In this document: piece after piece, positions 57,637 to 64,000 of the stretch
How positions within the stretch are numbered: position 1 is the stretch's first letter
Layout of the letters: each line of letters starts with the position of its first letter
Origin: Acidobacteriota bacterium
Lineage (GTDB): Bacteria > Acidobacteriota > UBA6911 > RPQK01 > JACQSY01
NCBI GenBank assembly: GCA_016211085.1
Contig: JACQSY010000039.1
Location: 3,129-67,128 of the forward strand
Length of the DNA stretch: 64,000 nt
Reading direction: 5' to 3'
Position numbers and translations under genes: made by a program
Notes under the pieces: model-generated
Seen by the model: the letters and a program-made list of their open reading frames with translations, nothing else
Databases searched by the model: none
Told to the model about the DNA's origin: nothing

Positions 57637-58380
57637 ATGAGGATCCGCTGCCTGTTGGCGACAGCCGCTATCTTTATCCTTTTTACCAGCGCCTGCGCCA
57701 CCAAGAAATTTGTACGCAAAGAGGTACAGACCGTACGCTCGGAGATGGAAACCGCGACCGGCGAACTGTCCCAGAAAACTGAACAGATTTCGGAAGAAGT
57801 AGACTCGACCCGCTCCGACGTGAGACAGATGGGTACTACGGTTGAGGAATTGTCGCAAGCGCATCGGGATACCTCCCGGGAACTGGCTGGACTCTCGGAA
57901 TCCACTAAGCGCGTCGAGGGCATTGCGACTCGCGCCTCTGCAGACGTGGGTACCCTCAATGAGGCATTTCTCAATCGAAACCGATACGAGATTATCGCTG
58001 AAACCCAGGTAAATTTTGCCCTGGGGAGTTCGCGACTGCAGCAGGGAGCGCTAGAGGTTCTCGATGAAATTGCCGGGATGCTTTTGGAGAATTCCGACGC
58101 CATCTTGACCCTTGAAGGACGCACGGATTCAAGCGGAAGCGATCAGTACAACATTGTGCTCGGGGACCTTCGGGCGGAGTCAGTGATTCGGTACCTGGTT
58201 GTCGAGAAAGGCATACCGATGTTCCGAATCTCCAAGGTGAGTTTTGGCGAAGCACGGCCCATTGCTTCTAACACGTCGCGGGAAGGGCGCAAACAGAATC
58301 GAAGCGTAGTGATGAAAGTTTTTGCCCCTATCGCCAAAGGGGTGATGGCTTCAGGGGAGACCCCTGAGCCGCAACAGTAG
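57637..58380 (+). CDS. OmpA-family (peptidoglycan-associated) lipoprotein with coiled-coil N-terminal half
   Basis: Lipobox LFTSAC. C-terminal OmpA-like domain (LEGRTDSSGSDQYNIVLGDLRAESV...NRSV). AAGGAG Shine-Dalgarno. Confidence 0.85.
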   Translation: MRIRCLLATAAIFILFTSACATKKFVRKEVQTVRSEMETATGELSQKTEQISEEVDSTRSDVRQMGTTVEELSQAHRDTSRELAGLSESTKRVEGIATRASADVGTLNEAFLNRNRYEIIAETQVNFALGSSRLQQGALEVLDEIAGMLLENSDAILTLEGRTDSSGSDQYNIVLGDLRAESVIRYLVVEKGIPMFRISKVSFGEARPIASNTSREGRKQNRSVVMKVFAPIAKGVMASGETPEPQQ

Positions 58381-58391
58381 CCCGCCACTCT

Positions 58392-58427
58392 GGGGGTGAC
58401 AGGACAGGTTGTCGCCCCCTTATTCTC
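58392..58427 (+). terminator. Rho-independent terminator candidate after the OmpA-family gene
   Basis: GGGGGTGACA-ggacaggt-TGTCGCCCCC forms a 10-bp stem with one G.U pair, followed by TTATTCTCCCTTT. It sits in the convergent junction and overlaps the stop of the minus-strand lipoprotein gene. Confidence 0.55.
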
Positions 58428-58917
58428 CCTTTGGACTATACCCGTCGGAATTTTTTCGTGGTTGAAGGTCAATACTTTTCAGCCGTTGGAGATCTTTCTG
58501 AAGCCGTTCGATTTCCCGATCCCGCGCAGCCGTCTCAGATCGGGATCGCTCCGCATCATTGTGCAATTTCAAAAGAAGCGCAGCTTCCTGAGCGTAGGTT
58601 GTACCGGGATGGTTTTCAATGAGCTGCTTAAAAACGATGGGTGCCTGCGAACTCTTTTCGCTTACTGAGATATAGCAGAATCCCAACCTCAAGAGCGCTT
58701 GAGGCACACCGTCAGCGGATGGGAACTCTTGGAGGTATTGCTCATAAGCTTCTGCTGAAAGTTCGTATTGGCCGGAAGCAAACAGATTGTCGGCTGCAAG
58801 GAGTTCCGTCTGGCCTGCGGCGATCGGAGGCAGTGGAAGCGTGCGAGGTTTTTTTTGGCAACCCGCCAGGAGAATCAGGCCCAACACGATCGCCGCTGTG
58901 CGCTTTTTCCTGTTCAT
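58420..58917 (-). CDS. Lipoprotein with TPR-like helical domain, last gene of the two-component operon
   Basis: Lipobox LLAGC. ATGA overlap with the histidine kinase stop. Helical repeats (...LFASGQYELSAEAYEQYLQEFP...). Confidence 0.5.
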   Translation of the reverse strand: MNRKKRTAAIVLGLILLAGCQKKPRTLPLPPIAAGQTELLAADNLFASGQYELSAEAYEQYLQEFPSADGVPQALLRLGFCYISVSEKSSQAPIVFKQLIENHPGTTYAQEAALLLKLHNDAERSRSETAARDREIERLQKDLQRLKSIDLQPRKNSDGYSPKGE

Positions 58918-60449
58918 ACGGGGGCTGAATGCACCTCCGGAAGACGCTGGTCGGTGCGCAGAAGCACAGAGAAAACACTGCCCGAGGAATCGGGCCGATC
59001 CTGGACCCAGATAGCGCCCCCATGAGCTTCCACGATAGTCCGACTAATAGCCAGCCCCAGCCCCACACCCTGTCCGAAAACTTTTTTTCCTTGTTTGACC
59101 TGATGGAATTTTTCAAAGATCAGCTCTTTTTGTTGATTGGGGATTCCCGGGCCGGCATCGGCTACGGAGACCATAGCGAAAGGAGAACGGAATCCATTGC
59201 TCAGTGATTTCAAAAATCGTTCCGGCAGGTCGGAAGGAAGCTCCGCGACGGATTCGACTTGTACGCGAATTGAAGAACCGGACGGAGAAAAATTCAAGGC
59301 GTTGCTGAGCAGATTCTCTACGACCTGCAGAATTCGATCAGGATCACAAGGAACCACAACTGATTCGGCGGGCGCGTTTAGTTCAAGCTTGTTTCCCTTC
59401 TCTCGTGCAGGCGCGTCGAACTCCGCAACTGCGGTCCGTACCAGACTCACAAGGTCCTGGGGTTTTATCTCGTAACGCATCACGCCCGCCTCCATTCGTG
59501 AGAGATCCAGGAGGTTACTAATCATGGAGGACAAGCGTTTACTACTTTGCAGGCTGAGCTGCAGCAGGCGCCTCTGCTTTTCGCCCAGCGGTCCTGGTAT
59601 CTCCTCCAGCAAAAGGCTGAGAGTTTCATGGATAGATGCAAGAGGGGCTTTCAGTTCGTGTGATACGTGTGAAACGAAATCTTTTTTTAATTGATCCAGC
59701 TCATTGAGGCGCATGGCCATGTTGTTGAAGGCTCGGCTCATCTGGGTAAACTCGTCCTTGCCGTTTTCTGAAAGGCGGTACGAGAATTGCCCTCTAGCAA
59801 TGGCTCGCGTCCCTTCAGTCAGTTTTTTCAATCGGTTTGAAAGCGGCTGAAGCGAGAAATAAGAAACCAGCAGGGCCAGGGCCAGCGCGCCGGCTGCCGA
59901 CAACCAGAACACGCGCGTAGCTGTTTGCACTGCTTGCTGAGACGTTTGAACTTCACGCACGATCGACTGCTTGGTGGATTCGAGTACGGAGTCGGTTAAA
60001 CGGTGCAAACGCGCGAAGGATTTTTCCAGATCGCTGCGAAAGGCATCTTCGGCAGCAGGTGCTGCGGAGGCCAGGGTGGCGGCGTTGCCGTCCCGCAGAA
60101 AATCCCTCCAGGAGGAACGAAGTACGGTAAAGGCCTTTTTTTCACGCGGGTTCTGCAGGGTGCTTCCTAGTTCCTCGAGATGCCGTGTAAAACTATGTTG
60201 CAGCTCTTCCAGCTTCTCTTGATAGCCTGCGTCACCCCGGGTCACCAGCAGCTTCCACGTGTATTCTTCGACTTCTTCGAGTTCACGGATTAGTTGCAAA
60301 GATGCCGAGGCTGCTTTGAATTGGACCTGGGCTAGATCGTGGGTGAGTCTTTGCAGTTGGTGCAGCACCGCAACCTGGTAGGCAAGGACCGAAAGGATCA
60401 GGAGGATAAGAACGGCAAAACCCGTTGCTATCCTGGTGGAGATTTTCAC
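58914..60449 (-). CDS. Sensor histidine kinase (TM + HAMP + HisKA + HATPase_c)
   Basis: H-box SHELKAPLASI, N-box LLSNALNFS, G-boxes DAGPGIP and GQGVGLGLAISR. GTG start. Confidence 0.85.
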   Translation of the reverse strand: MKISTRIATGFAVLILLILSVLAYQVAVLHQLQRLTHDLAQVQFKAASASLQLIRELEEVEEYTWKLLVTRGDAGYQEKLEELQHSFTRHLEELGSTLQNPREKKAFTVLRSSWRDFLRDGNAATLASAAPAAEDAFRSDLEKSFARLHRLTDSVLESTKQSIVREVQTSQQAVQTATRVFWLSAAGALALALLVSYFSLQPLSNRLKKLTEGTRAIARGQFSYRLSENGKDEFTQMSRAFNNMAMRLNELDQLKKDFVSHVSHELKAPLASIHETLSLLLEEIPGPLGEKQRRLLQLSLQSSKRLSSMISNLLDLSRMEAGVMRYEIKPQDLVSLVRTAVAEFDAPAREKGNKLELNAPAESVVVPCDPDRILQVVENLLSNALNFSPSGSSIRVQVESVAELPSDLPERFLKSLSNGFRSPFAMVSVADAGPGIPNQQKELIFEKFHQVKQGKKVFGQGVGLGLAISRTIVEAHGGAIWVQDRPDSSGSVFSVLLRTDQRLPEVHSAPV

Positions 60450-60457
60450 GACTCAGA

Positions 60458-61816
60458 TCACTCAAGCCCGTAAGATTTTAGCTTGTTGCGAATCGTCTTA
60501 ACATCCAGCCCCAAAACCCGGGCGGCCTCAGCTTTGTTGTTGCCCGACTTGGCCAATGTTTTCATGATCAGCTCTTTTTCCGCCTCGGCCACGGTGGTTC
60601 CCACGGAAAGGAAGATTTTTTCTCCGGAATCAGCCCTGGGATTCTGAATATAGGGAGGCAGATGAGAACCCTCGATCCATTCGCCGCGAGCCAGAATAAC
60701 TGCCCGTTCAATGATATTCTTCAGCTCTCGCACGTTGCCCGGCCAGTCGTATGCTTTGAGCATTTCCATCACACCGTCACGCAACGCTTGAATCCGGGTA
60801 TTGTGCTTGCGATTGAATTCACCGATGAAATGCTGCACCAGCAGGGGTAAATCTTCTTTGCGTTCCCGCAGAGGAGGAATGGTCACAGTAAATACGTTCA
60901 GCCGGTAATAAAGATCCTCTCTCAGACGGCCATCCTCGACAGCTTTTTTGGGATCCTGGTTCGTCGCTGCCAAAACGCGGACGTCAAAAGACATTTCTTG
61001 ACGCCCTCCCAGTCGACGCACTTTACCGTCCTCAAGCACACGTAAGAGCTTAGGCTGAAGAGACATCGGCATTTCGGCAATTTCGTCCAGCATCAGTGTG
61101 CCTCGGTTCGCCAACTCAAAACAGCCTGGCCGCACCCCGGCGGCTCCAGTAAACGCCCCTTTTTCGTGTCCAAACAACTCGCTTTCGATCAGAGTCTCAG
61201 GAATTGCCGAGGCATTAATGGCGATGAAGGGACCGGTAGACCGGCTGCTCAACTCATGGACGGTGCGTGCTGCGAGCTCTTTTCCAGTTCCGCTCTCCCC
61301 GGTGATCAGAGCGATCGCATCGGTGCCGGCAAGGCTCTGGAGGAGTTCATAGACTTCTTTCATGCGGCGGCTGGTTCCTATGAAATCTCCGAAACCAGAT
61401 CCTTTTTCCAGTTTCGAACTTAATTTGCGCGACTCTCGTCGAAGTTGTATTTCTTTCTCTGCGGCCTCGAGGGTGGCCTTGAGCTTTGGATGATCAAGCG
61501 GCTTGGTCACGAAATCCTGAGCACCCTGCTTCATGGCTTCCACGGCCATATCCACACTTCCTTGCGCGGTAATCAGGATCACCGGCCTGGAGGGATTGCC
61601 GGACTTGAGCAGGCGCAGCAGCTCGAGACCCGAAGTCCCCGGCATGACGATGTCCGAAATGACGATGTCAGGGTCCTGACTCTCTACGATTTTTTGTCCT
61701 TCGATTCCATCCGAAGCCATCAACACCTCGTATCCCCAGTGCTCTAGCAGCAGCTGAAGGGACTCGAGCATGCCCGCTTCGTCGTCCACAACCAAGATTC
61801 GAGTTGGAGTCGTCAC
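60458..61816 (-). CDS. NtrC-family sigma54-dependent response regulator
   Basis: Receiver (ILVVDDE...DIVMPG), AAA+ (GESGTGKE, canonical GAFTGA at 61142-61159, RVLAATN) and a C-terminal Fis-type HTH (NKAEAARVLGLDVKTIRNKLK). Confidence 0.9.
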   Translation of the reverse strand: MTTPTRILVVDDEAGMLESLQLLLEHWGYEVLMASDGIEGQKIVESQDPDIVISDIVMPGTSGLELLRLLKSGNPSRPVILITAQGSVDMAVEAMKQGAQDFVTKPLDHPKLKATLEAAEKEIQLRRESRKLSSKLEKGSGFGDFIGTSRRMKEVYELLQSLAGTDAIALITGESGTGKELAARTVHELSSRSTGPFIAINASAIPETLIESELFGHEKGAFTGAAGVRPGCFELANRGTLMLDEIAEMPMSLQPKLLRVLEDGKVRRLGGRQEMSFDVRVLAATNQDPKKAVEDGRLREDLYYRLNVFTVTIPPLRERKEDLPLLVQHFIGEFNRKHNTRIQALRDGVMEMLKAYDWPGNVRELKNIIERAVILARGEWIEGSHLPPYIQNPRADSGEKIFLSVGTTVAEAEKELIMKTLAKSGNNKAEAARVLGLDVKTIRNKLKSYGLE

Positions 61817-61945
61817 TACCGAGTCCCCCAGGGAAAAAACTCCTACACTTCAATCATATTCCGGTGCGTGTGACGTTACAAACTAAAGGGTGATTTCAGT
61901 GCAAAATAAAGCAACGCCAACCATGATTCAGAATAGCATAATCGC

Positions 61946-61960
61946 TGGTACGCCGGTTGC
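61946..61960 (+). promoter_or_regulatory. sigma54 (-24/-12) promoter candidate P4: TGGTAC-GCCGG-TTGC
   Basis: Reads cgcTGGTACgccggTTGCGtgc, 51 nt upstream of the ATG at 62011. 18 of 20 nt are identical to P3. Confidence 0.62.
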
Positions 61961-62010
61961 GTGCAGGAAAGCGGGAGGCGTTCCACGTGTCGCCTCAGGA
62001 GGCATAGCAT

Positions 62011-62601
62011 ATGAGGCTTCTCGCCTATATTTACATCGTCTTTACCCTTGTTTTGTTTGGGGTGCTGGAACTGGCCGGGGCCGAACATCCCGTGACAGGA
62101 ACTGAACTGCGAGTTCGCCTGATGGACACCATCAGCACGGAAGACAACGAGGTAGGTGACCGTTTTACTGCGCGTGTGGTTTCTCCGGCCAAGTACGAAG
62201 GCTCGACCGCATACGGAAGAATCTCCAGCATTCAGAAGTCTGGAAAACTGAAGGGCCGGACCCGGCTGGGCCTGAGGTTTGATCGAATAGACCTTGCCGG
62301 CGGAGGATCCGTGCCCGTTCGTGCGGACGTTATCCGGGTTTATGAATCTGAAGATGAAAATGTAAGGGAAACCTCTGAAGAGGGTTCTTTGGAGACCGGA
62401 AAACAAAGTAAGGAGGCCCTGAAACGTGGAGCGATCGGGGCGGCAGCTGGAGCGGTTATCGGGGGCCTTGCCGGAGGGAAAACCGGTGCTGCCATCGGAA
62501 TTCTCGTAGGAGGTGCTGGTGGCGCCGGCTCGGTTTGGGTGACTGGCCGAAAGGAACTGGAACTGGAACGAGGCACTGAAATGTTGATAAGGGTCCGATA
62601 A
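62011..62601 (+). CDS. Secreted protein with C-terminal glycine-zipper segment
   Basis: Signal peptide, AGGAGG Shine-Dalgarno, and GAIGAAAGAVIGGLAGGKTGAAIGILVGGAGGAG near the C-terminus. The longer antisense ORF 61876-62625 is Ser/Arg/Pro-rich and looks spurious. Confidence 0.6.
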   Translation: MRLLAYIYIVFTLVLFGVLELAGAEHPVTGTELRVRLMDTISTEDNEVGDRFTARVVSPAKYEGSTAYGRISSIQKSGKLKGRTRLGLRFDRIDLAGGGSVPVRADVIRVYESEDENVRETSEEGSLETGKQSKEALKRGAIGAAAGAVIGGLAGGKTGAAIGILVGGAGGAGSVWVTGRKELELERGTEMLIRVR

Positions 62602-62795
62602 CCGTTTCGTCCGTCTCCAGGACACGTTTTGTTGCAGCGGGGCGAAGCCGTCTCGCTTGTTGCTCTTCCTCGCCGTGAGGCGGCATCAACTCGCCCGTCC
62701 CTCTCCGACGCTCAAGCAAGGTTATCTTTCGTTAAACCAGTCCAGGACGGCTGTTTTGCAATTCCTCTAAACATAAGGCGTTTTCCCTTTTTTGT

Positions 62796-62824
62796 TTGAC
62801 ACGGGTCGCCACTCGCCCTATATT
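62796..62824 (+). promoter_or_regulatory. sigma70-type promoter of the mraZ/dcw cluster (TTGACA-17 nt-TATATT)
   Basis: -35 TTGACA (62796-62801), 17-nt spacer, -10 TATATT (62819-62824), 56 nt upstream of the mraZ ATG. Confidence 0.6.
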
Positions 62825-62825
62825 A

Positions 62826-62862
62826 GGACTAATTTGGACTAAAAAAGACCAAAAAGGTCCAA
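62826..62862 (+). promoter_or_regulatory. Four direct repeats at exact 10-bp phasing (GGACTAA, GGACTAA, AGACCAA, GGTCCAA): candidate MraZ operator
   Basis: Repeats start at 62826, 62836, 62846 and 62856, immediately downstream of the -10 box and upstream of the mraZ Shine-Dalgarno. Confidence 0.5.
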
Positions 62863-62879
62863 TTAGGAAGAGCCTGTCC

Positions 62880-63323
62880 ATGATGTTTCGAGGGAATTTC
62901 CCGGCGACTGTCGATCCGCAAGGTCGGATTAAAATCCCGACCGCGCATCGCAAGATCCTCGAGGAACAGTACGGCCCGGACCTCTATGTGACGAGCATCA
63001 CCGGTGAAAACGCGCTGATTTATCCGTTAGATGAATGGGAACAGATCGAACAGAGACTCCTTGAGCCGCCAAAGATGCTCCCCGGAAAGACCAAATTTCT
63101 CCGCAACGCCAGTTACTACGGGCAAGTTGCATCCATGGACAAGCAGGGACGAGTCATGATTCCGCCTCATCTGCGTGAAGCGGCTCAAATCGAAGGCGAG
63201 GTCGCGGTGATGGGTTACCTGAATTATCTTCAGGTTTGGAATAAAGAGAGATTCCAGAATCTACTTCGCTCCGACCCCTATACCGACAAGGACGCCTCTG
63301 CGCTGGCGGATCTTGGGATTTAG
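62880..63323 (+). CDS. mraZ: Transcriptional regulator MraZ
   Basis: MMFRGNFPATVDPQGRIKIP plus a second SpoVT/AbrB-like half (...MDKQGRVMIPPHLRE...). Start at the ATG at 62880 (or 62883), not the track TTG at 62796, which is the -35 box. Confidence 0.9.
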   Translation: MMFRGNFPATVDPQGRIKIPTAHRKILEEQYGPDLYVTSITGENALIYPLDEWEQIEQRLLEPPKMLPGKTKFLRNASYYGQVASMDKQGRVMIPPHLREAAQIEGEVAVMGYLNYLQVWNKERFQNLLRSDPYTDKDASALADLGI

Positions 63324-63325
63324 TA

Positions 63326-64000
63326 ATGGCAATCATGGCAGTTCAGCACAGTCCGGTACTGGCTCGAGAATCTTTGCGACTCTTAAAGGTACGTCCGGGG
63401 GGTACTTATGTTGACTGCACGGTGGGTTTGGGCGGTCACGCCGAGCTGATTTTGGAGCAGCTGCAAGGCAAGGGGGAGTTAATAGGGCTCGACCGGGACC
63501 GAGCGGCTCTTACTCTTGCCGAGGCCCATCTTCGATCACGTTTTTCTAATTTTCGACTGTTTCATCGCAATTTTAAGGAGCTCCCACAATTGCTGACAGA
63601 ACTGGAAATAAACGGCTTTGACGGATGTCTGGCGGACCTAGGCCTCTCTTCATTTCAACTGGACGATTCCCAGCGAGGTTTTAGCTTTCGCTTTGCGGGC
63701 CCACTCGACATGAGGATGGACAGGAGTTGCGGGGTGACTGCAGGCGAGCTGGTCAATACCCTTCCAGAGGACGAGCTGGTAGATCTTTTCCGTAGGTATG
63801 GGGAAGAAAAGATGGCACGCAGGATCGCGGCTGCTATTGCAGACCGCCGGCGAAGCGCCCCCATCACCGACACGGTGGATCTCGCAACGATTGTCGAGGG
63901 GGTCAAGGGTCGGCGCCGCGGGACACGAATACATCCGGCCACGCAGGTTTTTCAGGCCTTGCGGATACGTGTCAACGACGAGCTTTCCGGGCTGGAAACT
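63326..64000 (+). CDS. rsmH: 16S rRNA (cytosine1402-N4)-methyltransferase RsmH, N-terminal 225 codons (3' end outside window)
   Basis: Not in the ORF track because there is no stop inside the window. My translation from the ATG at 63326 gives MAIMAVQHSPVLARESL...GGTYVDCTVGLGGHAE...GLSSFQLDDSQRGFSFRFAGPLDMRMD...HPATQVFQALRIRVNDEL. Confidence 0.9.
   Translation, partial: MAIMAVQHSPVLARESLRLLKVRPGGTYVDCTVGLGGHAELILEQLQGKGELIGLDRDRAALTLAEAHLRSRFSNFRLFHRNFKELPQLLTELEINGFDGCLADLGLSSFQLDDSQRGFSFRFAGPLDMRMDRSCGVTAGELVNTLPEDELVDLFRRYGEEKMARRIAAAIADRRRSAPITDTVDLATIVEGVKGRRRGTRIHPATQVFQALRIRVNDELSGLET

Noticed and set aside
61876-62625. 249-aa minus-strand ORF covering the glycine-zipper gene region
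   Set aside because: It is antisense to the 196-aa plus-strand gene, which has a signal peptide, a strong AGGAGG Shine-Dalgarno and a sigma54 promoter. The antisense translation is low-complexity (S/R/P/G-rich), and the ORF would run through the P4 promoter.

Overview
This 64-kb window looks like a chromosomal, mostly housekeeping segment of a Gram-negative-type bacterium. It may be Acidobacteriota-like, which I infer only from remembered family patterns: a secreted VWA protein ending in ...FRKIQVKV...RKGYFA, CarboxypepD_reg+TPR proteins, several sigma54 features and the futalosine-pathway gene mqnA. I support about 57 protein-coding genes, densely packed and often with ATGA/GTGA start-stop overlaps.

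Recognisable genes:
- DNA and repair: uvrA (3' part), dprA, topA, a PolX polymerase, a DinG-like helicase.
- Translation: asnS, proS, a stand-alone EF-G paralog, an RluA-family pseudouridine synthase.
- Metabolism and envelope: coaE, folD, glyA, nadK, lgt, mqnA.
- The start of the dcw cluster: mraZ and rsmH. rsmH is open at the window end and missing from the ORF track.

I saw no rRNA, tRNA, CRISPR array, transposase or integrase. I could only inspect intergenic gaps by eye, so small ncRNAs cannot be excluded.

Most interesting signals:
1. A 1,676-aa single-chain fusion at 29433-34463: degenerate Ser/Thr kinase, then AAA_16/STAND NTPase, helical repeats, GAF, and a sigma54-activator AAA+ module. 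A small winged-helix-like gene and a phased TGGC/A-tract array lie upstream.
2. Four good sigma54 (-24/-12) promoter matches. Each sits just upstream of a small envelope or membrane protein gene: DUF1328, SYLF, an OmpA-like lipoprotein and a glycine-zipper protein. Two lie about 2 kb downstream of the giant activator. The other two are nearly identical and flank an NtrC-type two-component operon.
3. A secreted S8 subtilase ends in eight perfect GIIWSD hexapeptide repeats. They are encoded by an 18-bp tandem array whose only DNA variation is synonymous in the protease frame.
4. A membrane HD-GYP + GAF + GGDEF c-di-GMP protein.
5. A frameshifted sugar-phosphate nucleotidyltransferase, with the shift localised to about 24 nt containing a T5 run.
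6. Four 10-bp-phased direct repeats just downstream of a near-consensus sigma70 promoter in front of mraZ.

All functional calls come from motif reading and memory of protein families. No database search was run.
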